From the NCBI GenBank assembly GCA_038127595.1, contig JAYPIC010000003.1, positions 1 to 26,963 of the forward strand: a DNA stretch of 26,963 nt. Direction: 5' to 3'. The notes beneath the pieces are model-generated. The model was given only the letters and a program-made list of their open reading frames with translations, did no database searches and was not told the DNA's origin. The translations under genes were made by a program, and so were the position numbers. Source of the stretch: a bacterium (GTDB taxonomy: Bacteria; Fidelibacterota; Marinisomatia; Marinisomatales; UBA1611). This document shows, piece by piece, positions 1 through 9,762 of the stretch (its first letter is position 1; the number at the start of each line of letters is the position of its first letter).

Positions 1-59
1 TCACAAGAGGTAAAAATGATTGAAAAAAATAAATATATTATTAATCTAACTAAACTCAT
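1..59 (-). CDS. 5' end of a predicted lipoprotein (runs off the window edge)
   Basis: ATG at 59 abuts the TAA (60-62) of the upstream gene. It translates as MSLVRLIIYLFFSIIFTSC..., a signal peptide II with lipobox FTSC. Not in the ORF track. Confidence 0.7.
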   Translation of the reverse strand, partial: MSLVRLIIYLFFSIIFTSC

Positions 60-923
60 TTAAAAAACTCCTGCAGATTTTAAAATTAAACTTAGACCAA
101 TACCAGATAGAATGATTCCCAGCGGTACAACCCAGGACTGGCCTCCGTAATCATCAATCAATTCTTTTTCAGATTTATCACTTAAAATAAAAATACCATC
201 CTTCGATTTATCAATGACTGCCGTAACATTTTTTAAACCATGTGTTTCATCAAGCTTTGGCGATCTTGCATTACCAATAATATATACATTGTCATTTGGT
301 TCTAAATATGTTACTCGAAAACGCATTCTTTTTTTACCACCAAACCAACCTCTTAATTTTACATTTTCCTTATTACAATAATCCTCAACTTTTGATGGGA
401 TATCATCAGAAAAGAACATCGCAGACTCATACTCACTATCTCTTTTCACATTTTTTAAATTTGCGTTCTCTAGATTTACAAGGACAGAGCCAGTATGGTC
501 AGTTAAAAGAAAAGGTACTTGTTTTTTAGCTTTGTGACGAGTGACCCAGGTACGTCTTTTACCTCTTTTCATATATTGCTGTATATGAATATGCCAGTAT
601 ACACAATCTTTCCCATCAAATGGATCGGTAAGCATTTTATTTCCACTTTCTATTTTACCTTTAAGCTCAGCCAAGCCCATTGCCACTGAACGAGCTTTGG
701 ATGTAGGTACATTTTCGATTAATCTTTTTATCTTTAAATTTTTTAAACTGTTATAAAACATAATTAATCCAAGGATTATGAGCATAGCACCAACCCCAAA
801 ACCATCATCATTATTGCCGCAATATGACACTTTATGTAAGGCTTTATTTGCTCCTTTTGCAATGAATTCACTTACATAGTAGGTAGCTAATAGATTTTTT
901 ATTACAAAAGTGATTTTTACCAT
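60..923 (-). CDS. GIDE-domain (MUL1/MAPL E3-ligase N-terminal-like) membrane protein
   Basis: N-terminal TM followed by RLIENVPTSKARSVAMGLAELKG, LTDPFDGKDCVYW, VPFLLTDHTGSVLV, LEPNDNVYIIGNA and FILSDKSEKEL, then a C-terminal TM. This is the typical bacterial GIDE pattern. No RING finger. Start codon uncertain. Confidence 0.75.
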   Translation of the reverse strand: MVKITFVIKNLLATYYVSEFIAKGANKALHKVSYCGNNDDGFGVGAMLIILGLIMFYNSLKNLKIKRLIENVPTSKARSVAMGLAELKGKIESGNKMLTDPFDGKDCVYWHIHIQQYMKRGKRRTWVTRHKAKKQVPFLLTDHTGSVLVNLENANLKNVKRDSEYESAMFFSDDIPSKVEDYCNKENVKLRGWFGGKKRMRFRVTYLEPNDNVYIIGNARSPKLDETHGLKNVTAVIDKSKDGIFILSDKSEKELIDDYGGQSWVVPLGIILSGIGLSLILKSAGVF

Positions 924-987
924 TTTTTACAGGATTATTTGTATGAAAAATTGAACGTTATTTAAGGTTAAATTTAACTCCGATAAA

Positions 988-996
988 TGATACTAT
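988..996 (+). promoter_or_regulatory. Possible extended -10 promoter (TGaTACTAT) for the MFS-mutM genes
   Basis: TGnTACTAT lies 47 bp upstream of the ATG at 1044 in the divergent intergenic region. The AT-rich background makes this weak. Confidence 0.3.
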
Positions 997-1043
997 TGTT
1001 CTATTAGCCTTTAAAAACAAAATAGAACAAGGGCACAACACTC

Positions 1044-2261
1044 ATGCTAAAAATATTAAGCAACAAAACATTTTTACTGTTTTTCTTGGGTAACATAATT
1101 TCACTTATTGGTTTTGGGTTTAACCTTATAGCAATAAGTTGGCTTGTTTTAGAACAGACTGGTTCTGAATTCGCCTTAGGTAAAATAATGGCTGCCGCAA
1201 CCACTCCTGGTTTAATCCTAGCTTTAGTGGCAGGTATAATCATTGATAGAGTAAATAGAAAGTGGCTGTTAGTTAAACTAGATATACTAAGAGCATTGGT
1301 GCTGACCGCCTTCATATATTACCTCCAAATTGAGGGCTTTGGTTTATTGATTTTATATCCTGTTATGATGCTAATGGGATTGGGAAATTCACTTTTTTGG
1401 CCAACTGCACAGGCATTCGTCCAGGAACTTGTTGATGACAAAGAATATTTTTCTGCAAATGCCCTTCTATCAGCTAGCTATCAAGTTGGGTCATTAATTG
1501 GAGCTGGTGCGGGAGGTTTTATCGTTCATTTTTATGGTCCAATCTATGCTTTGTATTTAAATGTATTCGCCTACATTATTTCCGGGATTTTAATATCACT
1601 AGCTCCATTTGAAAGAAAAAACACCTCTCAAGATTCTGAAAGTTTGGTTGAGGAACTTTCCAAAGGCTTCATCTTTTTAAAAAATAAAATCGGCGTTTTA
1701 TTTCTAGGTATTACAACCATTTTATCAGATGTAGCTATTTGGGGAGCATTGAGCGTTTTAACCATTACATTATCTAAAGAGGTATTTTTGAAAGGAAGCT
1801 GGGGTTATGGCTTCATGGATGGAATGTATGGTGTAGGCGCACTTCTTTCTACTATGATCATAGCTTTAATGACGAAAAAGTTTGGATATGAAAAATCACT
1901 AATAGCATGCTATTTCATTGCAGGATTAAGCTGTTATTTTTCACCATATACGCTGTCAATTTACTTTGCGGGAATAGCCTATTTTGTAATGGGTTTAAGT
2001 AATAATTCTGCCAGAATAATTATCAGAACCATCTTTATGGAGGTAATTCCAAATAATATAATGGGAAGAGTGCAGACTATATTTGGTGTATACACAAGGA
2101 TCATGATGTTATTAAGCGTCCTTACAGCTGGATGGTTAACAGAAAATTATAATGCATTTATTGGCATGAATTTTGCGAGTATTCATTACTTAATTGCGCT
2201 TTTAGGTATTATTTTTTTAGCCAATTATTCAAAATTTAATAAAGAGATTTTCTCTAAATAA
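1044..2261 (+). CDS. MFS transporter (12 TM, MefA/DHA3-like)
   Basis: About 12 hydrophobic helices. MFS motif A (AGIIIDRVNRKWLL), F-x-P-(T/A) in TM5 (LFWPTAQA) and the late IPNNIMGRV motif. Confidence 0.9.
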   Translation: MLKILSNKTFLLFFLGNIISLIGFGFNLIAISWLVLEQTGSEFALGKIMAAATTPGLILALVAGIIIDRVNRKWLLVKLDILRALVLTAFIYYLQIEGFGLLILYPVMMLMGLGNSLFWPTAQAFVQELVDDKEYFSANALLSASYQVGSLIGAGAGGFIVHFYGPIYALYLNVFAYIISGILISLAPFERKNTSQDSESLVEELSKGFIFLKNKIGVLFLGITTILSDVAIWGALSVLTITLSKEVFLKGSWGYGFMDGMYGVGALLSTMIIALMTKKFGYEKSLIACYFIAGLSCYFSPYTLSIYFAGIAYFVMGLSNNSARIIIRTIFMEVIPNNIMGRVQTIFGVYTRIMMLLSVLTAGWLTENYNAFIGMNFASIHYLIALLGIIFLANYSKFNKEIFSK

Positions 2262-2267
2262 ATAAAA

Positions 2268-3077
2268 ATGCCTGAACTCCCTGAAGTACAAACTGTGGCA
2301 GATCATGTAAAACCCGAAATAATGGGTAATTACATTCTTTCAGTAGATCCCATCTGGAATAAAGTTCTGGATAACTTTGATTCGAAGGACATAGAAGGCA
2401 GGCACAAAATTTTGAATGTTACAAGGCGTGCAAAATTTATCATCATCCAATTCGAGAATTTCTTATTAGCCATACATCTAAGAATGACAGGTAAGTTGTA
2501 TGTACTTGAAAATGACAGCCATCCGAAGCACACCAGTGCTATTTTCTTTTTAGAAGGAGGAAAGAAACTTATTTTTGAAGACACAAGAAAATTTGGAAGA
2601 ATTTATAAATACAATGATTTGACAGAAATAAATAAAAGACATGGTCCAGAGCCACTTAGTTCCGATTTTAACACCGACTGGTTTGTTAAAAATATGAAAA
2701 GTAAAAAAAGAAATATCAAAGCACTATTATTGGATCAGTCATTTTTATCTGGATTAGGAAATATTTATGTAGATGAGAGCCTGTGGGCGAGTGGTATACA
2801 TCCGAATTCAATTTCTTGTCACATACCCAAACAAAAAATCATATTACTTCATAAAAACATTCGCAGAATATTGCAAGAATCGATAGAGCAACTCGGCACA
2901 ACTTTCATCAGCTTTACCTTTCTCAATGGCCAATCTGGAAATTATTCTAATGAATTAAAAATCTTTGGCAAACAAGGATGTAAATGTGAAAAATGTAAAA
3001 ATATAATTATAAAATTAAAAGTTTCTGGTAGAGGAACACATGTATGTAAAAAATGTCAGAACATTTATAGAAGTTAA
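2268..3077 (+). CDS. mutM: Formamidopyrimidine-DNA glycosylase / AP lyase (Fpg)
   Basis: N-terminal PELPEV, RRAKF, HLRMTG, EDTRKFG, H2TH motif LLDQSFLSGLGNIYVDESLW, and a C-terminal zinc finger CEKC...RGTHVCKKCQ. Confidence 0.97.
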   Translation: MPELPEVQTVADHVKPEIMGNYILSVDPIWNKVLDNFDSKDIEGRHKILNVTRRAKFIIIQFENFLLAIHLRMTGKLYVLENDSHPKHTSAIFFLEGGKKLIFEDTRKFGRIYKYNDLTEINKRHGPEPLSSDFNTDWFVKNMKSKKRNIKALLLDQSFLSGLGNIYVDESLWASGIHPNSISCHIPKQKIILLHKNIRRILQESIEQLGTTFISFTFLNGQSGNYSNELKIFGKQGCKCEKCKNIIIKLKVSGRGTHVCKKCQNIYRS

Positions 3078-3078
3078 A

Positions 3079-5394
3079 TCATTTAATTAATGATATTTTT
3101 TTTGTTGAATAGCCTTCATCTGTGCTTAGCCTAACAATATACGTCCCAGTGCTAACATTACTTCCGTTAAACCCTTTTCCATTCCACTGCCAAATTATTT
3201 GTCCTTTATTAGTTGAGTTAATAACATCACTAAAAACAACTTCCCCCTTAATATCGTAAATATGAACTTGATTTTGTTCTGCAAAATTTGATTTAATCTT
3301 CATCGATATATTTGAATTAAAAGGATTAGGGTAAGCTGATACAATGTCTATTTCATTAGGAACCACCCGATCATTGTTCAAAGATAAAATCGTATTATCT
3401 TGTCCAGGAGAAGGATATGCTAAGAAATCCCATTGCAATGAACCATCTTGGACTCTACCATAAGATAAATCTGCCTCCATTGATGGAAATGTTATCGAAT
3501 CTATAATCGTGATTCCATTTGGTGCAGTAATCGATATAAACTCTCCGCTCCCTGATAATTTGAAGTTGGTATGTAATACCCCCTGCTCCTCATCATTATC
3601 GCACCAAAGGATCAGTTTTTCATCAGGATAAATATTTACATCTGATTCCGTTAACTGCCATTTAGTAATATTATTTTTATTATCTGAAAAATAATAGCCT
3701 TGCAAAAAAATCATTTGATCACTTGCGTTATAAATTTCAATCCAGTCATCATACTCTCCACTATTATCTGAAATCGTAGTATCGTTTATGGCCATAATTT
3801 CGTTAATCATTAGTCCAGAATTTGGAATACCAACTACAGCATAATGTTCATAACCATATTTTGGATACCTCCCAACTAATCCGTTTGAACCAGCAGTTAT
3901 ATACCAATAGGTCTGACCAACTTCAGAATTTTCGATAGTAAGTGACCAACGATCACTTTCTTCTACTTGCATAGAACCGACAATGGGATTTGGATAAAAA
4001 TGAGATGAGTTCCAATCATTATCTTCTGTTTTATAATGAAATAAGACCTCATTAATATTTTCGTTAGAAAAAATTGAAGCGTTCAAAAATAGCTCACCAT
4101 TTAATAACTGAATACTGTCAAATTGTTCAACATGATAAACATAAGGTTCAGCAACTTGATATGATATTTGACCAAATAAGGATGTAGATCTTTCCTGAAT
4201 GAACTCTTTAATCCCTTTTTTTACATGTTGATTGGAAAAACTATACGAAAAGCTATTTTCAAAATCTAGGATACTAAATCCATAATCATACGTGTAATAA
4301 TTGTCCTGAAGTACGGAATTATATATCATTGTTTTAATGGAGTCTAGCCGTTGGTCTAGATTTGCATTGTTTATCAACTGGGTGGCATAAAATTCTAAAA
4401 AATGAGAAAAGAGATTTACATATTTTTCATTTTGAAAAATATACTCTGTAAGCGGTCTAGGAGTTCCATCAATATTTGCATAGTCATAGGGGTCAATGGT
4501 TGACCAATTTGCACCAAACCAATCAACACCAAAAGTGTTATCATAATCAAAAGGTATCCAGTGAAACATATCTTTAGATGGTTCATGGTATAAATAAAAA
4601 TTATTCTTCAGAAACCGATAATCATCCCATGACCCAGTTAATATGTTAATTGCCAGGTATTGAAGAACCTGTTTAACGTTTAACACAGTTTCTAGAGAAT
4701 CAGGATCTTGATTAATTATTCTTATTAATCTTGCAATTTGAGAAAAATCATACTCGTCCTCATTTGATTTTAGTTCATATGGTCTTGTTTCGCTGTAATA
4801 AGGATGATATGAATTAGGATCATCACCTCTATATGTTAGATCAGCCGGCCAAATACATTTCCATAAATTCCCACTGTGATCATCAAAATTTCTTTCTAAA
4901 AAATTCTCATCAATATGTTCAATAGATACATACAAGCCATAGTATTCACCATTTATATAAAGCTCAGCATGTGATGCTCTGGTACTTGGGATATCAATTT
5001 TTTCAAAAATATCCCAGCAAATTTTACTTCTGGATATGGAGGGATCATTATGCTCTCCATTTAAATTTATTTTTTCTATGTCAAAAAACTGCCTTCCTCT
5101 TTTAAAATGATTAAAATCTATTTTAAAAGATTTTTTATCAGCATTTCTCGATGTGTTACCGCGGATACGAAAACCAATTGAATCAATATATTCATTGATA
5201 TAAGCATTCTGAAAATGAAGAGATGCCACATGCATCGAATCACTCTCCAAATTTGCAGAATCAAATATCCAAGATAACGATTGTGGATCTATTTCTATAT
5301 TAATTACTGCGACCTCAGAGTCATCATAAACCATCCATGAATCGTTTGAAAATAAGATTGAAGAAAAATAAAATATGAAAATATATTTATTCAA
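3079..5394 (-). CDS. Secreted CotH-family kinase with lamin-tail domain and T9SS/FlgD-Ig-like C-terminal domain
   Basis: CotH motifs IGFRIRGNTSR, KKSFKIDF, LYINGEYYGLY, WDDY..NNFYLY and WIPFDYDNTFG. LTD motif LMINEIMA...DWIEIYN. CTD AYPNPFN...IYDIKG...WNG...STGTYIVRL..KKISLIK. I moved the start from 5520 to TTG 5394, which gives an 8-bp overlap with the upstream stop and the signal peptide MNKYIFIFYFSSILFS (771 aa). Confidence 0.85.
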   Translation of the reverse strand: MNKYIFIFYFSSILFSNDSWMVYDDSEVAVINIEIDPQSLSWIFDSANLESDSMHVASLHFQNAYINEYIDSIGFRIRGNTSRNADKKSFKIDFNHFKRGRQFFDIEKINLNGEHNDPSISRSKICWDIFEKIDIPSTRASHAELYINGEYYGLYVSIEHIDENFLERNFDDHSGNLWKCIWPADLTYRGDDPNSYHPYYSETRPYELKSNEDEYDFSQIARLIRIINQDPDSLETVLNVKQVLQYLAINILTGSWDDYRFLKNNFYLYHEPSKDMFHWIPFDYDNTFGVDWFGANWSTIDPYDYANIDGTPRPLTEYIFQNEKYVNLFSHFLEFYATQLINNANLDQRLDSIKTMIYNSVLQDNYYTYDYGFSILDFENSFSYSFSNQHVKKGIKEFIQERSTSLFGQISYQVAEPYVYHVEQFDSIQLLNGELFLNASIFSNENINEVLFHYKTEDNDWNSSHFYPNPIVGSMQVEESDRWSLTIENSEVGQTYWYITAGSNGLVGRYPKYGYEHYAVVGIPNSGLMINEIMAINDTTISDNSGEYDDWIEIYNASDQMIFLQGYYFSDNKNNITKWQLTESDVNIYPDEKLILWCDNDEEQGVLHTNFKLSGSGEFISITAPNGITIIDSITFPSMEADLSYGRVQDGSLQWDFLAYPSPGQDNTILSLNNDRVVPNEIDIVSAYPNPFNSNISMKIKSNFAEQNQVHIYDIKGEVVFSDVINSTNKGQIIWQWNGKGFNGSNVSTGTYIVRLSTDEGYSTKKISLIK

Positions 5395-7735
5395 GCTTGT
5401 AAAATTTGTACGAATATGGTCCAATACTAAAAGAAAAAGTTTTATCAAAACAATTGATAACTTCTTCTTCAATGATATTTGAAGCAGTATTACATCCTCT
5501 AAAAAGCTCAATGGATTCATCTTGAGATTTTGGGCCGTTATTGATCACCAAGATTATTCTCTCATCAAAATATGATTTCAATGTTATAAATATTGGTCCT
5601 TTACTTTTTAGTATCGTCTGATCTCCAATTGCTAGGCTAGGGTAACTTAACCTAGCTTGATTTATAGATTTAAAATGATTAAATAACTCTTTTTCATTTT
5701 TATCAAGATTAAACCTCATTAGCCTTCTATTTCCAGGGTCTTGCTCGCCAATCATACCAATTTCTTCACCATAGTATATGATAGGAACTCCAGGTTGGGA
5801 CGAATTGAAAGCGTGAAAATTTGCCAGTTTACTGTAGGTGGATAAATTTCTCGTTTTCTTTACAGGATTATCAAAAGCTCTAGCAATACCATCTTCATCA
5901 AATGAGATTTGTCCATCAGCGTATGACATGAACCTTAATTGATCATGACTACTTGTAATATTGCCCATTAAATGAATGGGTCCAAATGAACTTGAATTTT
6001 TATAAATGATATTCTCAACCCCTTTAAAATCCGTTTTCGAAGAGCTAAATAATGACCGGACATTAAAATAAATACCAAAATTAAATTGAGCATTAAGCTC
6101 CGATGGGTTAACATAAGAACCTATAAGTTCATCTGAACCAAATGTCTCGCCTATCTGATAAAAATCTTTATTAGGGAATTCATTTTTTATGTTTTTTGTT
6201 AGTTTTTTCCAAAAAGAGTGGGGAACATGTTTTACTGCATCTTGCCTAAAACCATCAATATTATATTTTTTTACCCACCAGATTGCATCCTCTGTAACTT
6301 GATTTATTGCTTCAATGTTATTTGAAAAATCAAATGAGGGTAAAAATTCATCAAACCAGGTTGTAAGCATTGTCTCTCCATCCCAAAGCCTGATATTTGG
6401 ATTACCATCTGACAAATAAAAATCACCAAACCAGTCCTCATGATCTTGAAAATAAATATGATCTTGGTGAACATGATTAGACACAAAATCTAAAACAACT
6501 TTTATATTTTTTGAGTGTGCTATATCAACCAAATTATTAAAATCTTCTTCTGTACCAAACCTTTCATCGATTTTTCTTGGCTCAATAGGCCAATAACCAT
6601 GATAACCTGAAAAACTGCGATTAGGTTTTATATACTCTACATAGCTTGAATCAGGCTGCGCTTGAATTGGTGAAACCCAGATAGCATTAATGCCTAAATC
6701 AGAAAAATATCCTTCATTTAGTTTTTTGTTAATTCCTTGAATATCACCACCCTGAAAATTTGCAAGTTTATGCAGCTTGGGATCTAAGATCTTCCGATTA
6801 TTCTGTTTATTACCATCAAAAAAACGATCTACCAATGTGTTGTAAATAATTTTAAAATACCATGAGTCTTGGACTGCATTTAATGGTATACCAGATGAAA
6901 AAACGGTTCTATTTTCATGTGTGTAGTTACCTTCATGATCTTGCACATATACCCTCAAAATACCATCATTAAAATTAGATATATTTACTACTAGTTCCTT
7001 TTCATCAGACACAGTCATAAGGCTATCAGGCAACAGGTTATTATCAAAAAGAGCAATAATTCCTCTTGGAATAGCAACTTCATTATTTTCTATATATTCA
7101 AAAAATAAAAGGTCTTTAGTTTTGTTTTTTTTGAGAAGTTGAGATGAAAGACTAGTATCTTTATTAGTTAAATCGATCAAAGAATTATATCCACCTATAT
7201 TGTTGGATACTACATTTTCATTTATAGGATCTAATACTTCATTTCCATCAACAACGAATTTGTATTCATATTTTTGTGGTTCTAATTGAATCTCAATTTC
7301 AAAAAGCCCACTATTTGATTCAACCATTTGAAATGAGTTTCTAGACCAGTCATTAAAGGATCCCATTACAAAAACAGAAGATGAATTTGAAGATTCAAGG
7401 AAAAACTTATGTTTGACCATAGGCAAATAACGCACAACTAAATCAATTTTTTCCCTACCAGCCAATATTTTAATTAATTCAAAACTCTCCTCTTTTCCAA
7501 AACCATCTATGGTCAATATGTTACCTACTAATTCATGATTATTTTCATTTTGGAATCTTAAATCAAGATTTTGAAATGAAAGATAATTGCCAAGATCAAA
7601 ACTGCGAGTAGTGCCTGCTTTTACTTGAAATTCTGGGAAAGTATATACTTCTATATTTTTTTCATTTGCACATGAAAAAAAACTGAAAGTTGCCAATGAT
7701 AAAAATATTTTATAAAAATTTTTATAAATGACCAT
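5387..7735 (-). CDS. GH13 alpha-amylase/neopullulanase-like lipoprotein with CBM48-like (glycogen-binding) module
   Basis: Lipobox FFSC. CBM48/AMPK-like module VFVMGSFNDW...YEYKFVVDG. GH13 regions DRFFDG, GGDIQGI, GYHGYW, DFVSNH, DGFRQDAVKH (nucleophile), GETF (acid/base) and SSHD. Confidence 0.9.
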   Translation of the reverse strand: MVIYKNFYKIFLSLATFSFFSCANEKNIEVYTFPEFQVKAGTTRSFDLGNYLSFQNLDLRFQNENNHELVGNILTIDGFGKEESFELIKILAGREKIDLVVRYLPMVKHKFFLESSNSSSVFVMGSFNDWSRNSFQMVESNSGLFEIEIQLEPQKYEYKFVVDGNEVLDPINENVVSNNIGGYNSLIDLTNKDTSLSSQLLKKNKTKDLLFFEYIENNEVAIPRGIIALFDNNLLPDSLMTVSDEKELVVNISNFNDGILRVYVQDHEGNYTHENRTVFSSGIPLNAVQDSWYFKIIYNTLVDRFFDGNKQNNRKILDPKLHKLANFQGGDIQGINKKLNEGYFSDLGINAIWVSPIQAQPDSSYVEYIKPNRSFSGYHGYWPIEPRKIDERFGTEEDFNNLVDIAHSKNIKVVLDFVSNHVHQDHIYFQDHEDWFGDFYLSDGNPNIRLWDGETMLTTWFDEFLPSFDFSNNIEAINQVTEDAIWWVKKYNIDGFRQDAVKHVPHSFWKKLTKNIKNEFPNKDFYQIGETFGSDELIGSYVNPSELNAQFNFGIYFNVRSLFSSSKTDFKGVENIIYKNSSSFGPIHLMGNITSSHDQLRFMSYADGQISFDEDGIARAFDNPVKKTRNLSTYSKLANFHAFNSSQPGVPIIYYGEEIGMIGEQDPGNRRLMRFNLDKNEKELFNHFKSINQARLSYPSLAIGDQTILKSKGPIFITLKSYFDERIILVINNGPKSQDESIELFRGCNTASNIIEEEVINCFDKTFSFSIGPYSYKFYKLE

Positions 7736-7748
7736 AAAACTTATTTTT

Positions 7749-9749
7749 TTATTTTTCTCTTTGAAGAAAAACGCCTGATAATTTTGGTAATACTATTTTA
7801 CTATCTACTGTTTTAAAACCAACTAGATTAAAATCATTATCATCTAACAATATTTTCCAATTCCCTGGCGGAAGTGCTACTTCCTTAGTTTCATCAAAAT
7901 GCCCATTAAAAAAAACTGCTAAATCGCTATCAGGGAAATATCCAATTACTCTTTCGTCAATCACATCAAAAAATAAATTATCTGTATTCAAAGAGCTGAG
8001 AGACAGAAATTGTTTTCTCAGTTCAATTAAATTTTTATAAAAGTTAACTAGTTCAATATTCACTGGTAACTCACTCCAGTTTACCCAGTTAGTTGAATTA
8101 TCTTTGTTGTATGGGTTTCTATCCATTTTACCAACATTGATATCGTTGACAGAAGTAGAAGCAATTATCTGAGAATGGCCCCATTCTTGACCTTGATGGA
8201 TGATTGGAACACCCTTGGAAAGCAAAAGGAACATTGCTCCAAGTTTATTTATTTTTAATTGAGTATCATTTAGTTTTATATGTTTTATTGGGTCATTTAT
8301 TATATCATATTTTTTATTTAAACCAAGTGAAAACCTAATATAATCATTGAAACAATAATCATCGTGAACCTCCAAAAAATTAACAGCATGCTCTGATAAT
8401 GAATATGTTTTGGTTTTTCCTGAAGTTGTACCAGATAGCAAACTCTTTATGTCATCAATATTTTCACCCAGCCTATATTCTCCGAATAAGAATCCTTTTA
8501 TATTTGTATCATGCAGATCACCTCTCATGACATCTCTAAAATATGCATTAAAAGAGCCCCAGCCTAGTTTAGAAAATTCACTTTCTCTTTCATTCCATGC
8601 TTCGCCATAAAGATAAACATTAGGATTTATTGCTTTGAGCTCTTTTTCAATTAATGTTGCGGTTTCTGCACTTAATAAATAGCATTGATCAAATCTGAAT
8701 CCATCAATATGGTAATTTATCATCCAATGTTTAAGAGATGATAGTATGTACTCTCTTACTTTTGCATTATCAGTATCTAATAAATTCCCACAACATTGAG
8801 ATTTATAACTACCATCATCATTTAATCTAAAATAAATACTTTTGTCGATGTATTTTAGCGGGTGATAATCATAATTTGAAACATGATTAATAACTACATC
8901 TAAGATAACCGCTATACCATTTTTATGTAGCTCTTTAACCATCTGTTTCATTTCTTTTACAGCCAAACCTTTTTGACCATTCCATGAATTTGCTACAGGA
9001 GAATAGTCAGATGCATAATAAGATTCAGGCGCCATAAAAAAAGTAGGCATGTACCCCCAATGATTTCTTTCATATGGATTCCAATCATTGAAAAAACCGA
9101 CAGTATCAACCAGATAGGGAATTTCGAAATTTGCAAAATCCCATAACGGTAAAAATTGAACAGCATTTACACCAAGGTTTTTTAAATGTTCAATTCCACC
9201 TTTTTGACCTGGCTCGATAAACCCCTTGTAGGTGCCTTTGCTTTTTGCTCTAGAAGTCTCATCAATTGTCATATCTCTAAGATGGGCCTCATATATCACA
9301 AGATCATGCATTTTTACTTTTGACCAACTATCATTTCCCCAATTAAAACTTTCATCAATAATTAATGATTTTGCGACATGTCTAAAATTGTTTTGAGTTA
9401 CTGCAGATTTAGAGTATGGATCTGCAACAATGACATTAGGGTCATTTAAAGGACCTACCAACCTATACCCATATAATGTACCTACACCCAGCCCTTCAAT
9501 TGTGATTTCCCAATCGCCTGAGTTAATTTTTTTCATTTCATGTTCTCGACCCTTTAAATCATCATAATTTTCAAAAATAACTAACATTACACTATCAGCA
9601 TTAGGCGCAAAAATTCTAAAATCAACTTCATCAGTTTTCAGGAAAAAACCATACTCTGCCTTATAACCTGTATCTGAATTACTGCATGAGATCAATAAAA
9701 AACAAAATAGAAAAAAATATAATTTCAAATAAAATTGAATGACTTTCAT
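7749..9749 (-). CDS. GH13 pullulanase/isoamylase-type debranching enzyme, lipoprotein
   Basis: Lipobox LISC. N-terminal CBM48 (FRIFAPNA..., YGYRL, DPYSK). IYEAHLRD, HWGYMP..FMAPE, DVVINH, DGFRFD, YGEAW, NFLEVHD and RNPYN match the pullulanase/GlgX architecture. Confidence 0.88.
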   Translation of the reverse strand: MKVIQFYLKLYFFLFCFLLISCSNSDTGYKAEYGFFLKTDEVDFRIFAPNADSVMLVIFENYDDLKGREHEMKKINSGDWEITIEGLGVGTLYGYRLVGPLNDPNVIVADPYSKSAVTQNNFRHVAKSLIIDESFNWGNDSWSKVKMHDLVIYEAHLRDMTIDETSRAKSKGTYKGFIEPGQKGGIEHLKNLGVNAVQFLPLWDFANFEIPYLVDTVGFFNDWNPYERNHWGYMPTFFMAPESYYASDYSPVANSWNGQKGLAVKEMKQMVKELHKNGIAVILDVVINHVSNYDYHPLKYIDKSIYFRLNDDGSYKSQCCGNLLDTDNAKVREYILSSLKHWMINYHIDGFRFDQCYLLSAETATLIEKELKAINPNVYLYGEAWNERESEFSKLGWGSFNAYFRDVMRGDLHDTNIKGFLFGEYRLGENIDDIKSLLSGTTSGKTKTYSLSEHAVNFLEVHDDYCFNDYIRFSLGLNKKYDIINDPIKHIKLNDTQLKINKLGAMFLLLSKGVPIIHQGQEWGHSQIIASTSVNDINVGKMDRNPYNKDNSTNWVNWSELPVNIELVNFYKNLIELRKQFLSLSSLNTDNLFFDVIDERVIGYFPDSDLAVFFNGHFDETKEVALPPGNWKILLDDNDFNLVGFKTVDSKIVLPKLSGVFLQREK

Positions 9750-9762
9750 TTTGTAGAATATC

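Noticed and set aside
967..978. 12-bp palindrome GTTAAATTTAAC in the GIDE/MFS divergent promoter
   Set aside because: It is low-complexity, single-copy and unrelated to the TrmB motif, with no regulator to assign.
1044..2261. MFS transporter as the sugar importer of the locus
   Set aside because: It is on the opposite strand, coupled to mutM, has no operator upstream and resembles efflux-type MFS.
5395..5520. N-terminal 42-aa extension of the CotH ORF in the ORF track
   Set aside because: It overlaps the GH13 coding region by 134 bp and buries the signal peptide. TTG 5394 is the better start.
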